Assembly (NCBI GenBank): GCA_016180425.1
Contig: JACPBF010000002.1
Span: forward strand, 48,169-112,168
DNA from: Elusimicrobiota bacterium
Lineage (GTDB): Bacteria; Elusimicrobiota; Elusimicrobia; 2-02-FULL-39-32
Direction: 5' to 3'
Length of the DNA stretch: 64,000 bases
In this document: positions 35,576 to 45,823 of the stretch, piece after piece
How positions within the stretch are numbered: the first letter of the stretch is position 1
How the letters are laid out: every line of letters starts with the position of its first letter
The notes under the pieces: model-generated
The model's input: only the letters and a program-made list of their open reading frames with translations
What the model was told of the DNA's origin: nothing
Database searches by the model: none
Position numbers and translations under genes: made by a program

Positions 35576-38500
35576 TCAGACCTTTAAACGCTTTGGTTTA
35601 TAAAATTTTAATTTTTTAAATTTTTCTAAAATAAATAGTGTTTGTTTAGCGCACCAAACCCGACAATCCTCCAATATTAAATAGAATCCAGGGACTACAA
35701 ACAAGACTAAAAAAGTAGAAGCGCTTAATCCTCCAATCACAGTCACTGCCATTGGCGCCCAAAGAGAGCCGGAGCCCTCTTTTTGAAACACTAAAGGAAA
35801 CATGCCAATCACTGTTGTTAAGGTAGTAGAGAGAATGGGACGTATTCTCTCTTGTCCAGACTGAAGCAGAGAGCGTAAAGTATTTTTTTCTTTATGAATT
35901 TCATTAAATACATCCACCAGCATGGTGGAATTGTTGACAGCAACGCCTCCCAGCATAATAAAGCCAATTAAGGTTCCTAGGGTCACAGGGGTTTTTGTGA
36001 TAAATAGCAAAGGGATGGCTCCAATTAAGGACAATGGAACGGCAATTAAAATAACAAGGGGCTGGAGATAGGATTCAAAAAGGCTGGCTAAAATGGAATA
36101 GACCAATACTATCATAATAATAAAAGCGAATTTAGATTCTTTTTCTGTTTCAATCATCTTGGGAAAATCTCCGCCAATTTCCCAGTAATAGCCAGTGGGC
36201 ACAGGAACTTGTTTAAGAGCCCGTATCACGCCTTCTGCCACCTTGCTCAAAGCTATATCCCCGCGGTTGGCGCTAACCTGAATCATCCTTTCTCTGCTTT
36301 TGCGCCAAACTTCGCTGGGAGTTAAACCAAACTCAAATGTGGCAAATTGACGCACAGGCACAATGGTTCCTTTTGGATTTACTAAAGAAAGGTTTTGGAT
36401 GTCTTCCAATGTTTTTCTGTATTGTTCTTGTAAACGGGCAACAGTCTCAATTTGGGCAGTGGGAGTAATAAAATAAGTGGCGCGTAATCCGCGAATTTGA
36501 GCATGCAGGCTTTCCGCAATATCGTGAATCGTAAATTCAAAAAGCGAGGCCTTTTCCCGATCTATCTCTATTTTTACTTCAGGCCTGCCTGGTTTATAGC
36601 GCAATTTAATGTCTGCCAAGCCTTTAACCTGTTCCATGCTTTGAGCAATTTTTACCGCCATGTCCCTTAGTTGGTTATAATCATATCCATAAACATCAAT
36701 TACAAATTCTTTAGAACTTACTGGTTCAGAAAAATAGATAAAAGCGTCAAATTCTTTGCCAATCTGGGAAACCACAGGTCTTAAAGAAGACATCACTTCC
36801 TGAGTAGTTTTGCCTCTCTCAGTTGCAGGCAGAAGTGTCACATAAATTTTTGAAGACCAGCCTTCCACGCGAGCCACAGAGGTTTTTACTGATTTTTGCA
36901 CTTCTGGCAATTGGTTTAAAACCTTTTCTACCTCAGAAACAACCTTATCAGAAACATCCAATTTTGTGCCGGAAGGAAGCTCTACAAAAATAATAAATTC
37001 ATTTTCTTCCGCAGTTCCCACAAACTCTTTATCTAAATATTTATATAAAAATCCGCAAACAATTAGAAAAACTAAAATAAGAAAAGCGATCCTATATCTT
37101 CTTTTCATAAGCGCGCTAACCCAATGCCGGTAAGCGCGGTAACCCCCTCTCAACTGAACCACATCTTTTCGGACATTGCTAGAATAAATAATATCTTCAT
37201 CTGTCATTAAGCTGACAATCAATAAGGAGATAAGATAAACAGCGAACAATGCAACTTGAATGATTTTAATTGGCAACTTTAAATAAAAGATAGATGGGAA
37301 AAAAAAGAGCGCAAAAAGATCTGCTATAAAAAGGAATGTAATAGTTTTAAATGTTCTTTTAAAATATTTTTTAAAAAAATAAAAACGGTTTAATGGGCGC
37401 ACACATTTCTGCCCATGATAGACCGCGCGATTGAGCAATGGTTGAGCTCTAGCCCAAAGCTGACGTAAATAAAGCCAAAAATAAGCGGAAAAAAAAGAAC
37501 TTTGTTTTGTCCATTTTAAGGATATATTAGCTGAAAGAGTGGGAATCACGGTTAAAGCAACTAAAAGCGAAGCTAGGAGAGCGCTGGTAACAGTAATCGC
37601 CAGACCTGAATAAAGAATTTTAACCTGAGGGTTTAAAAATACAATTGGTAGAAAAACAACAATGGTTGTTAAAGTGTTAGATGTGAGCACCATTAAAAGA
37701 GAGCTGCTTGCTCGCAAGGCAAAGGTTTTATTCACCTCTTTTTCAATATAGTTTAATGTTCCATTGCTGTTCACTTTTACCAAATCTTGATAAAAAGCGG
37801 GAACTGATCCTTTTTCTCCTAAAAATCTAGTGACCCAGCGGTTTGTAAATTTTAAAAATTTGATTTTATATTGATAAATATTTTCCAACACAACAATGGA
37901 GTTGTCCACAATCATGCCAGAGGCGATCACAAGCCCGGAAATAGTCATGACATTTAAACTTAACCTAAAAAAATACATGACCCCTAAAGTAATAATGACC
38001 GCTAAAGGAATAGAAACAAAAATGTAAGAGGTCAGTATGAAATCCCTTAAAAAAATAAGCAGGATAAATCCAACTAAAAAGGCTCCTTGTATTAAAGAAC
38101 TCTGCAGATTATTCAAAGCCTTGCCCACTGCTATGGATTGATCGCTGACTATAGAAAAAGAGATTCTAGGATCCAAATCTTTTTTATATTCTTCCATCAC
38201 TTTTTTTATTTCATCTGCGGTAGAGATGGTGTTGGCTAAGGCTTCTTTTTGGATATATACGGAAACCACTGGCTCTCGGTTAAGACGGGAATAGGATTCC
38301 GCTTCCATATAAAAATCCCTTATTTCAGCCACATCTTTTAGCCGAATCCTAGAGCCTTCTTTAGTCACCGCAATCGGCAGGTTGCCTAAATCTTCTAAAG
38401 TTTTATAGGCGCCCACAGTGCGCAAAAAATAAGAATCTTTTTCCCGTTCTACTTTGCCTGTTAAAATATTTAAATTATCAGTTCCAATTTGGGAAATCAC

Positions 38501-39109
38501 CTGCCGGATGGGGAGCGCATAAGCTTCCAGACGGCTTTGATCAAACTCTACTAGTATTTTTTTTTCTCTGCCGCCGCCAACTTCAATATTAGCCACGCCA
38601 TTCACCCTTTTTAATGTTGGTTTTAACTGGTTATCCGCAATTTCTCGCATATCTTCCGGAGTAAAATGTTTAGAGGACATGGCTAAAATCATGACTGGAG
38701 ACTGGCTTTCATCATATCTGGAGACCACAGGTTTTTCGATTTCTTTAGGCAGTTTCCCTTTTATTTTTGCCAGCCGTTCCTGCACATCTAAGGCTGCGCG
38801 AGCTGTATCTGTGCCTACTTTAAAATTAAGAGTAATCACTGCTCTTTCTTTGCGGGAAACTGAAACAATGGATTCTAGATTAGGGAGAGTGGCCATTTCA
38901 TCTTCCACGATTTTAGTAATCAGGGATTCAATATCTTCCGGCGGAAGCCCGCCGCGCACACCCACAAAAATAGTTAGAACCCCGGAATCCCCTCCGGGCA
39001 TTAAATCCACCGGCATTCTGTAAAAAGAAAATACGCCGAAAATAGCCAAAATCGCATAGACCATAAATGCGCTAATGGGCCTTTCTGTAAAGAAACTAAT
39101 GAATTTCAT
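35576..39109 (-). CDS. RND efflux permease (AcrB/SwrC-like) with insertions
   Basis: ERPISAFM, GMIVDNSIVVLENI, RIRPILSTTLTT. Confidence 0.92.
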   Translation of the reverse strand: MKFISFFTERPISAFMVYAILAIFGVFSFYRMPVDLMPGGDSGVLTIFVGVRGGLPPEDIESLITKIVEDEMATLPNLESIVSVSRKERAVITLNFKVGTDTARAALDVQERLAKIKGKLPKEIEKPVVSRYDESQSPVMILAMSSKHFTPEDMREIADNQLKPTLKRVNGVANIEVGGGREKKILVEFDQSRLEAYALPIRQVISQIGTDNLNILTGKVEREKDSYFLRTVGAYKTLEDLGNLPIAVTKEGSRIRLKDVAEIRDFYMEAESYSRLNREPVVSVYIQKEALANTISTADEIKKVMEEYKKDLDPRISFSIVSDQSIAVGKALNNLQSSLIQGAFLVGFILLIFLRDFILTSYIFVSIPLAVIITLGVMYFFRLSLNVMTISGLVIASGMIVDNSIVVLENIYQYKIKFLKFTNRWVTRFLGEKGSVPAFYQDLVKVNSNGTLNYIEKEVNKTFALRASSSLLMVLTSNTLTTIVVFLPIVFLNPQVKILYSGLAITVTSALLASLLVALTVIPTLSANISLKWTKQSSFFSAYFWLYLRQLWARAQPLLNRAVYHGQKCVRPLNRFYFFKKYFKRTFKTITFLFIADLFALFFFPSIFYLKLPIKIIQVALFAVYLISLLIVSLMTDEDIIYSSNVRKDVVQLRGGYRAYRHWVSALMKRRYRIAFLILVFLIVCGFLYKYLDKEFVGTAEENEFIIFVELPSGTKLDVSDKVVSEVEKVLNQLPEVQKSVKTSVARVEGWSSKIYVTLLPATERGKTTQEVMSSLRPVVSQIGKEFDAFIYFSEPVSSKEFVIDVYGYDYNQLRDMAVKIAQSMEQVKGLADIKLRYKPGRPEVKIEIDREKASLFEFTIHDIAESLHAQIRGLRATYFITPTAQIETVARLQEQYRKTLEDIQNLSLVNPKGTIVPVRQFATFEFGLTPSEVWRKSRERMIQVSANRGDIALSKVAEGVIRALKQVPVPTGYYWEIGGDFPKMIETEKESKFAFIIMIVLVYSILASLFESYLQPLVILIAVPLSLIGAIPLLFITKTPVTLGTLIGFIMLGGVAVNNSTMLVDVFNEIHKEKNTLRSLLQSGQERIRPILSTTLTTVIGMFPLVFQKEGSGSLWAPMAVTVIGGLSASTFLVLFVVPGFYLILEDCRVWCAKQTLFILEKFKKLKFYKPKRLKV

Positions 39110-39194
39110 AATTTAGTTTTAAGGCATTAGAAAATGGAAGTTGCAGCCTATAAATTTGGGCGCTACAAAAAATTGGAATAATTTTTTAGAATAA

Positions 39195-42100
39195 TCAATG
39201 AGGGCGATGTAACTTTTTTTCTTCAACATGCAAATAGATCAGAGGCAAAATAATTAAAGTAAGCGCTGTTGAAATAAAAAGTCCTCCAAAGGTAGCTAAT
39301 GCCATGGGCGCAAAAATGCCTGTGCCTAAGGCTGAAGGCACCAGGGCAAGAACAGTGACTAAAGCTGTCATTAAAACAGGACGTAAACGATTTTTACAGC
39401 CTAGAATCACTGCTTGAATTAATTCCATGCCTTCCTTTCTTAATTCATTGATATGATCAATTAACACGATTCCATTGTTCACCACAATTCCGCCTAAAAG
39501 AACAATGCCAATGATCACAGGAACGCTTAAAGGGGTAAAGGTAAGTAAAAGGGTAAGGGCCACCCCAATCACTCCTAAAGGAACCGTAATCATAATCAGG
39601 AATGGATGGAGCAAAGATTCAAAGCCAGCAGCCATGATCATATAGATTAAAACAATCGCTAACATAAATGCGATAAAAAGACCGGCAAAAGATTCCTGCA
39701 TCTCTTTTTTAGCTCCGCCTAATTCTACGCTATAATCTCTTTTGCTGCGAAAACCTGTGAGCCGATTTTCCACCTCTTCTATCACCTCTCCTAAACTTCT
39801 GCCAATGACCTGAGCCGAGATGACTACGGACCTTTGTTGATCTGATCTCTGAATTTCACTGGGGCCGTAACCAGAAGAAATTTGAGCCACATCTCCTAAA
39901 GGCACCATGACTCCTTGGGGAGAACGCAAGGCAACCCGGGTAATAGTAGCAGGATTATTTCGGTCTTCTTCCCGTAAACGCACCCGTATTCCAAACTCTT
40001 TTCCTTGTTCCTTAAAAAAGGTGGCTATAAAACCTCTAACCCCAATCAAGGCGCCGCGGGCAATTTCAGATACAGAAAGGCCAAACGCGCTGGCTCGATC
40101 CTTATCAATTGAAACTCTGGTTTCAAAAGAGGGAAGAGCAAGAGAGGTCTTTACTCCTTCAATGCCTTTAATTTTTTTAAGTGAATTCTGAATATCGTCA
40201 GACAATTTACGCAACGCGGCAAGATCAGGTCCTTTGATAGTAATGGCAATAGGAGCTGACACAGTCATGGATTTCATGGTAGAGTCTTGCAGAATATATT
40301 CGATTTCAGCCCCTTCCAGTTTTACCTGTTTTAATTTTTCTTTAAAAACTAAAATAAATTTTTCAGTAGATTTTAATTTATCTAGATCTAAACCAACCAC
40401 ACACTCCCCTTGATGAGACCCTAAAGCATCTATGGATTCTTCAGCAGTTGCTCCTACGCGAATCAGTGTATCTTTGACCCCATCCATTTTAGAAAGCAGG
40501 GATTCAATTTTAAAAACCACCCTGTCTGTGACGTCCAGCCTTGTGCCTATGGGCATATTCACTTTAATTAAAAATTGTCCTTGATCCACGCTGGGCATAA
40601 AAATCTTGCTTTTAAAATAAAAAATTACAAAGCTAAAGAGAAAAAGAAAAGAAGCTCCTCTTAAAACAAGTTTTTTATGCGCAATTGACAAAACCAAATA
40701 TTTTTCATAAAAGGCATGAAGTTTAAGAGATCTTTCTTCTGTAAGCCCTTGGCTAAGCCAATTCCAGATTTTTTTAAGTATAAGGAAACATTTATTTATT
40801 TTTTGGTTTGGAACTGAACCATTGGTCTCCTTAAGAGAGGATGTTTGCTCTACATTTAAGACAGGCGGAGGCGCATTTAGGTTCAAGGGGCTCTCTTTTT
40901 TATTTTCAGAGACCATGGTCTTGGAAATCACTTTTCCCCCTATGCCTATGACCTGGTCCTCAGTTTCATCAGATTTTGGCTGATCTGATTGAGTTTTGAG
41001 CTCTTCCTTCTTTTTCCCCCACTTAAGAGGATAGGCTGTAATTCTTGGGATGAGAGTCACAGCTACCACTAATGCCGCTATGTTTGTGACAATTGCCGCA
41101 TAGGAGAGATCTTTAAAGAGTTGCTGAGAAAGCCCTTGGGCAAAAAGAAGCGGCAGGAACACCACCACATTGGTCAGCATGGAGGAAAATTGAGCTACAA
41201 AAATTTCAGAAGGAGCAAGCACAGATGCTTCTATTAGATTCCCAAGTTTCCTGCGGTATTTATCAATATTGTCTAAAACGCAAATAGCATTGTCTGTAAT
41301 GCTGCCAATAGAAAGAGAAAGACCCATGAGGCCAATGACATTGATGCTTCGTCCCATAAAAAAAACAAACACAAAATAAACAATAATAGAAACTGGCAGT
41401 GAAAGCGTTACAATAAGCGCGTCTTGAAAATTTCTTAAAAAAAAGAGTAAAACTAAAAAAGCGAAAATTCCTCCTAAGATGCCATCTATCATCACATCCC
41501 TTAATGAATCTTTAATAAATTCCGATTCATCATAAACCACTTCTAGATTCATCTCTTTGGGAAGGCTTAAACTAACCTCTTTTAAAGCTCTGCGAACCCT
41601 GCTGGCTGCTTTTATGGTATTAGCGTCAAACTGCTTTTGAATCGCAACAGAGACATTTGATTTACCTTTATAGCGGGAATAACTTTCTATTTCCTTAAAG
41701 GTATCCTTAATTTCAGCAATAGTTTGTAAAGAAAGCATTCTTTGATGACGAGGCTGAAAAGTTTCAGAACCTTTTCTTTGGCTTTGGGATTTAAACATAA
41801 ATTCTGGACTATCCCGGGCTGTATCCACTGCAATCACAGTTTTGCCAATGTCAGCCACAGTTTTAAATTCACCAATGGTTCTAACCAAGTATTCATAAAA
41901 TCTTCCTTGAGTGGTTCCCGCGGGATAATTGACATTGGATGTTTTAAGAGAATCCACAATTCCGGAAAGAGAGATGTTGGAAGCCTGCATTTTACCCACA
42001 TCCACTTCCACTAATATCTCTCTTTCCTGACCGCCGCTTACAGTAGCAGAAGCCACTCCATCCACTTTTTGCAAACGTTTTTTAACCACATCATTAGCCA

Positions 42101-42563
42101 AACGAGTTAAATCCGCAAGAGATAACTCGCCGGACGCAGAAAGCACCATCATGGGTTGGGCAAAAGGGTTGTAGGGTTGGACAATGGGTTCTTCAGCTTC
42201 TTGCGGCAGACGGTCTTTAATCAGGTCTATTTTTTCTCTAACAGCTAAATGAGCAAAACTCATGTCTGTTCCCCAGTTAAATTCAAGGATCACCACAGAC
42301 AACCCTTCCTTAGATATAGAACGAATTTTTCTTAAATTAGGAACCGTGCCAGCCTGTTCTTCAATCAGTTTAGTCACAATATTTTCTATTTCTTCTGGCG
42401 CGGCCGCGCCATACCGGGTTACGATCAGAAGTTCTGGAAAGGAAATGGTGGGAAAGAGTTCTCGAGGGAGAGATAGTAGAGCAATGATTCCTAAAAGCAG
42501 AATGGCTGCGTACAACATCGCTGTGGTAACAGGGCGCTCTACTGCCAGGCGTATCAGCTTCAT
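39195..42563 (-). CDS. RND efflux permease (AcrB/SwrC-like)
   Basis: ERPVTTAM, TDNAICVLDNI, GIVVNNGIVLID, RLRPVLMT. Confidence 0.92.
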   Translation of the reverse strand: MKLIRLAVERPVTTAMLYAAILLLGIIALLSLPRELFPTISFPELLIVTRYGAAAPEEIENIVTKLIEEQAGTVPNLRKIRSISKEGLSVVILEFNWGTDMSFAHLAVREKIDLIKDRLPQEAEEPIVQPYNPFAQPMMVLSASGELSLADLTRLANDVVKKRLQKVDGVASATVSGGQEREILVEVDVGKMQASNISLSGIVDSLKTSNVNYPAGTTQGRFYEYLVRTIGEFKTVADIGKTVIAVDTARDSPEFMFKSQSQRKGSETFQPRHQRMLSLQTIAEIKDTFKEIESYSRYKGKSNVSVAIQKQFDANTIKAASRVRRALKEVSLSLPKEMNLEVVYDESEFIKDSLRDVMIDGILGGIFAFLVLLFFLRNFQDALIVTLSLPVSIIVYFVFVFFMGRSINVIGLMGLSLSIGSITDNAICVLDNIDKYRRKLGNLIEASVLAPSEIFVAQFSSMLTNVVVFLPLLFAQGLSQQLFKDLSYAAIVTNIAALVVAVTLIPRITAYPLKWGKKKEELKTQSDQPKSDETEDQVIGIGGKVISKTMVSENKKESPLNLNAPPPVLNVEQTSSLKETNGSVPNQKINKCFLILKKIWNWLSQGLTEERSLKLHAFYEKYLVLSIAHKKLVLRGASFLFLFSFVIFYFKSKIFMPSVDQGQFLIKVNMPIGTRLDVTDRVVFKIESLLSKMDGVKDTLIRVGATAEESIDALGSHQGECVVGLDLDKLKSTEKFILVFKEKLKQVKLEGAEIEYILQDSTMKSMTVSAPIAITIKGPDLAALRKLSDDIQNSLKKIKGIEGVKTSLALPSFETRVSIDKDRASAFGLSVSEIARGALIGVRGFIATFFKEQGKEFGIRVRLREEDRNNPATITRVALRSPQGVMVPLGDVAQISSGYGPSEIQRSDQQRSVVISAQVIGRSLGEVIEEVENRLTGFRSKRDYSVELGGAKKEMQESFAGLFIAFMLAIVLIYMIMAAGFESLLHPFLIMITVPLGVIGVALTLLLTFTPLSVPVIIGIVLLGGIVVNNGIVLIDHINELRKEGMELIQAVILGCKNRLRPVLMTALVTVLALVPSALGTGIFAPMALATFGGLFISTALTLIILPLIYLHVEEKKLHRPH

Positions 42564-42689
42564 CTAGCTTCTAATCTCTATATAAATAGTATTTATTATT
42601 TGACCAATTTCTTTAGTTTTAACTTGTATGCCTTTTTCTCTGTACGACAATTTTGTTAGTCATTCTATCATATTCAACCTTAATTAAGA

Positions 42690-43268
42690 TTAGTGTGTTG
42701 TAGTAGTTTCAATCTGGTGTATGCGCTTTTCATGATCTTCCATTTTAGTGTCTAAACTATTTAAGCGTTCGTCATGGGTAAGCACTTTTCGATCAAAAAT
42801 TTCAACCCGCCCGGTAAAAGCATCTATTGCACTTAAAATGACACGTACATCCTCTTTAGTCGCGCTATTTTCTTTAAGGTCATTCACATCCTTTTTAATA
42901 TTGAGCACTACATTCACTAATTTATTGAATTCTTCTTTTCTAACCATCTGATTTATATGATTCATAAGCTCTTCAGACTTTGAATCCAATTTTTCAGAAA
43001 ATTCCTTACGAGCCAAATCTATTTTTGTATCCAGTTGTTCTCGAACAGTATCTATCTTTTTGTCTAGCTGATCACGGGTATCGTCTATCTTTTTGTCCAG
43101 ATGATCCCGGGTATCATCTATCTTCCTGTCTAACTGATCCCGGGTATCATCTATCTTCCTGTCTAACTGATCCCGGGTATCATCTATCTTCCTGTCTAAC
43201 TGATCCCGGGTATCGTCTATCTTTTTGTCCAGCTTTTTATATTCAGACTCTTTTTGAGGTGAAGACAT
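42690..43268 (-). CDS. Coiled-coil protein with 11-aa tandem repeats (Bdr/DUF1640-like)
   Basis: (KIDDTRDQLDR)n, ATKED stutter, AAGGAG SD. Confidence 0.8.
   Translation of the reverse strand: MSSPQKESEYKKLDKKIDDTRDQLDRKIDDTRDQLDRKIDDTRDQLDRKIDDTRDHLDKKIDDTRDQLDKKIDTVREQLDTKIDLARKEFSEKLDSKSEELMNHINQMVRKEEFNKLVNVVLNIKKDVNDLKENSATKEDVRVILSAIDAFTGRVEIFDRKVLTHDERLNSLDTKMEDHEKRIHQIETTTTH
43013..43233. repeat. 33-bp in-frame tandem repeat
   Basis: TATCATCTATCTTCCTGTCTAACTGATCCCGGG occurs as 3 identical copies (43112-43210) with degenerate flanking copies. Confidence 0.92.
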
Positions 43269-43453
43269 TTTACTCCTTCCTTTATTTTATATTTAATAAA
43301 TTTTTAGATCTTTATAAATTTATTTCACTTATAATTATACTTTCAAATCAAAAAAAGTCTAGTGTTTAATTTCATCTATCTATGCGGGAATTTAATCCGA
43401 CTGAATGATTCAGGCTAACCCGTTAAAATTCATTTCATAATAGGCAGGAGGGA

Positions 43454-43918
43454 TCAATTTCGTTTTTTATTAACTTTTATAAGTAATTTTTTTAGGTCTA
43501 GTAAGTCAGTATCTCGATGGCTAAATTTTTTGGCTTTTATCAGTTCGGATAATCCTAGCACATGAACAGAAGTTTTTCCATATTGGGTAGAAACCTTATT
43601 TCTCCAAGCTTTCCTGAAAGGAATTCCAGCTATGTCTAAGAGTATATCTATTCGCACAGGCGCAACCCCAATCTGATAGATCATTTTTTTATTTGTGAAA
43701 TCTTGCGGCAATACGTTTTCCAAAGGCGCACCAAATTTTTTAAGCGCTTGGTGAATTCTCTGCGCATTGTCAGGGTCTGGTGAAACCCAAATATCTATAT
43801 CTTTTGTGTAACGAGGTTGTGAATAAAAAATAACCGCATGCGCGCCAACCACCAAGTATTTGACCTTATAGATATTTAACTGTTTGAATAGATTTTCGTA
43901 ATCGGGGCAGACTTCCAC
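43454..43918 (-). CDS. Nucleotidyltransferase-fold protein (TA-associated)
   Basis: YLVVGAHAV...RYTKDIDIWV; C-terminal K...R..DLLD. Confidence 0.8.
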   Translation of the reverse strand: MEVCPDYENLFKQLNIYKVKYLVVGAHAVIFYSQPRYTKDIDIWVSPDPDNAQRIHQALKKFGAPLENVLPQDFTNKKMIYQIGVAPVRIDILLDIAGIPFRKAWRNKVSTQYGKTSVHVLGLSELIKAKKFSHRDTDLLDLKKLLIKVNKKRN

Positions 43919-44084
43919 TTTTACCTCGCATTTTTAAGTAATCTGAGATCATCGTCCATGTGATGGAAAATTTGGTTGAAGCTTTTTGTTTTTTCCAAAA
44001 TTTTGCGTCGAATTCCTCAGCTTCCTTAAAAGAAAAAGCTTTGTTTTCCCAAACGCGGCTTCCAATTTTTATTTTAATAGACAT
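43866..44084 (-). CDS. Small partner protein of the nucleotidyltransferase
   Basis: SFKEAEEFDAKFW...PRLRKS. Start moved to ATG 44084, 6 nt after an extended -10-like TGtTATTGT. Confidence 0.6.
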   Translation of the reverse strand: MSIKIKIGSRVWENKAFSFKEAEEFDAKFWKKQKASTKFSITWTMISDYLKMRGKSGSLPRLRKSIQTVKYL

Positions 44085-44385
44085 AGGGATACAATAACAT
44101 ATGGAAATTGGAGATTCAACCCAGGCCCGAATTAAGATCATTCATCTTAAATTAGAAAAGACTGGAATCACAAGATTTTCTTCTATTCTAACTGAAAAGA
44201 TATGGGGTGAAAAAATTGAAGAGTTTAGAAATATATTAGTATCATAAAAATAGTAATCGTTTAGTCCGTAATAGTTTAGTCCAGCGAAGTTAATTTTTCT
44301 CGGTTGGTTCTGGCGGCAGGTTCCGTCCAGTTAATTTTCACTTACCATCGTTAGTCTTTTTATGTAATACATTCACTCAGGACAA

Positions 44386-44652
44386 TTAAGCTGAAGTTCC
44401 CAAAGGGTAAGATTTACCCGTAACTCTACTATAAAGAGTCTCGGGAGCTATATCTACTCCATCGGGCCAACAAAGGGTGCCTAACTCTTTATTCACGCGC
44501 ACCTTCTTAAAATAATCTAAATTAGAAAAATGAGAGAATACACCACCCTGTTGAACGTAATCTTCCAAATTGACAATCCCTTTCACTCCATTCTCAAAAC
44601 TTATTTTTACCTTATATCCTTCAATATATCCTACATCTACAACATCAATCAT
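44386..44652 (-). CDS. DUF2442-family protein
   Basis: FENGVKG...GTLCWPDGVDIAPETLY. Confidence 0.85.
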   Translation of the reverse strand: MIDVVDVGYIEGYKVKISFENGVKGIVNLEDYVQQGGVFSHFSNLDYFKKVRVNKELGTLCWPDGVDIAPETLYSRVTGKSYPLGTSA

Positions 44653-44662
44653 ATTCCCTCCC

Positions 44663-44923
44663 TTATGCCAATGGCGTAATCGGAAACAAAGGCTTCTTTT
44701 CCATTGCGTTTTCCCAATCTTTTAGTAACTCTTCTTTATGAAGAGACATCCACTCTGTTACCAAACCTATAACTCGAGGCGTAAGATGACCCTCTAAAAT
44801 GGACAAATCTCGAATAGCTATAGATGCTTTTTCCCCACCATACCTCACATGGATATGAGGTGGATTGTGATCATCGTAGAAAATCGCTATAACAATTCCA
44901 AAGAATCTGCTAATCTCAGGCAT
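44663..44923 (-). CDS. DUF4160-family protein
   Basis: MPEISRFFGIVI...DHNPPHIHVRY...PL. Canonical partner of DUF2442. Confidence 0.88.
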   Translation of the reverse strand: MPEISRFFGIVIAIFYDDHNPPHIHVRYGGEKASIAIRDLSILEGHLTPRVIGLVTEWMSLHKEELLKDWENAMEKKPLFPITPLA

Positions 44924-44989
44924 AACTATAATTTAATTATAACACGGAAAAGTGTTATTGGGAAGTGTAGAATCCCTAGAACCTAGAAC

Positions 44990-45017
44990 TTGACAATATA
45001 TAGCAATCTGCTATACT
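44990..45017 (+). promoter_or_regulatory. higBA promoter with operator palindrome, probably leaderless
   Basis: TTGACA(44990)-16-TATACT(45012). TATAGCA-atc-TGCTATA inverted repeat at 44999-45015. The GTG start lies 6 nt after the -10. Confidence 0.7.
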
Positions 45018-45023
45018 ACATGA

Positions 45024-45308
45024 GTGAGGCTGATTGGACTAGATATCATTGACCATTTTAAGAAAAAATATCCACAATCCAGAAAAAGTATGGATGTTTG
45101 GATATCCATCGCGCGAGGAACGGACTTCGCTCACTATGAGGAACTTAAGAAGGCATTTAACTCTGTAGATTATGTTGCTCCCAACACAATTTTTGATATA
45201 TCCGGAAATAAATTCCGTTTGATTGCCCATGTTGATTATGGATTCAAAACCGTCTTGATAAAAAAGGCTATGATCCATTCAGAATATGAGAGGTGGAATA
45301 AAAAATGA
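45024..45308 (+). CDS. higB: HigB-family mRNA interferase toxin
   Basis: FNSVDYV..TIFDISGNKFRLI...HSEYERW. Confidence 0.88.
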   Translation: MRLIGLDIIDHFKKKYPQSRKSMDVWISIARGTDFAHYEELKKAFNSVDYVAPNTIFDISGNKFRLIAHVDYGFKTVLIKKAMIHSEYERWNKK

Positions 45309-45745
45309 CAGTACAAACTCTTGAAAAACAGGTCCAAACGCATCCTGTATCATCCAAAGACGTACGATGGCTTTATACTCACTTCCCACCCATAACGATA
45401 AATGGACATCAGTCCCACGTTATCTACAAAAAGGTTGTAGAGTTTCTTTTCAATAATAAAAAAACAGGCGGGGAGTTCCGTTCTTATTTAGAATCGGTCA
45501 TTCACTTCCTAGATGAGTATGAAAAAAAGCATTTTCCGTCCGCTGCTTCGCCAGAGGATATTTTGAGGTTTCTGATGAACCAACATAAGTTGAGTCAATC
45601 CGACCTAAAAGAAGAATTAGGTGGACAATCAGTCGTTTCTAACATTATGAGTGGAAAACGGCAGTTAACTCGCGAACATATTGAAAAGTTAAGTCGTAGA
45701 TTCTCTATTTCTCCCGCCTCATTTTATTGCCAGAGCGCTGCCTAA
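45305..45745 (+). CDS. higA: HigA-family HTH antitoxin
   Basis: EYEKKHFP, LRFLMNQHKLSQSDL...GKRQLTREHIEKLSRRF. ATGA overlap with higB. Confidence 0.88.
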   Translation: MTVQTLEKQVQTHPVSSKDVRWLYTHFPPITINGHQSHVIYKKVVEFLFNNKKTGGEFRSYLESVIHFLDEYEKKHFPSAASPEDILRFLMNQHKLSQSDLKEELGGQSVVSNIMSGKRQLTREHIEKLSRRFSISPASFYCQSAA

Positions 45746-45823
45746 GGTTATATCCATGATTAACCGTGGGCGGTCCCAACGCGGAAGTCAGAGGGAATGT
45801 GAGATTCTAGTTTGTTTAGGTGT

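Noticed and set aside
43013-43233. 33-bp repeats as a CRISPR array
   Set aside because: The units abut with no unique spacers, keep the reading frame of a coiled-coil ORF, and no cas genes are present.
42980-43369. 129-aa plus-strand repeat ORF
   Set aside because: Antisense reading of the 33-bp repeat. The minus-strand ORF has an SD and a sensible coiled-coil pattern.
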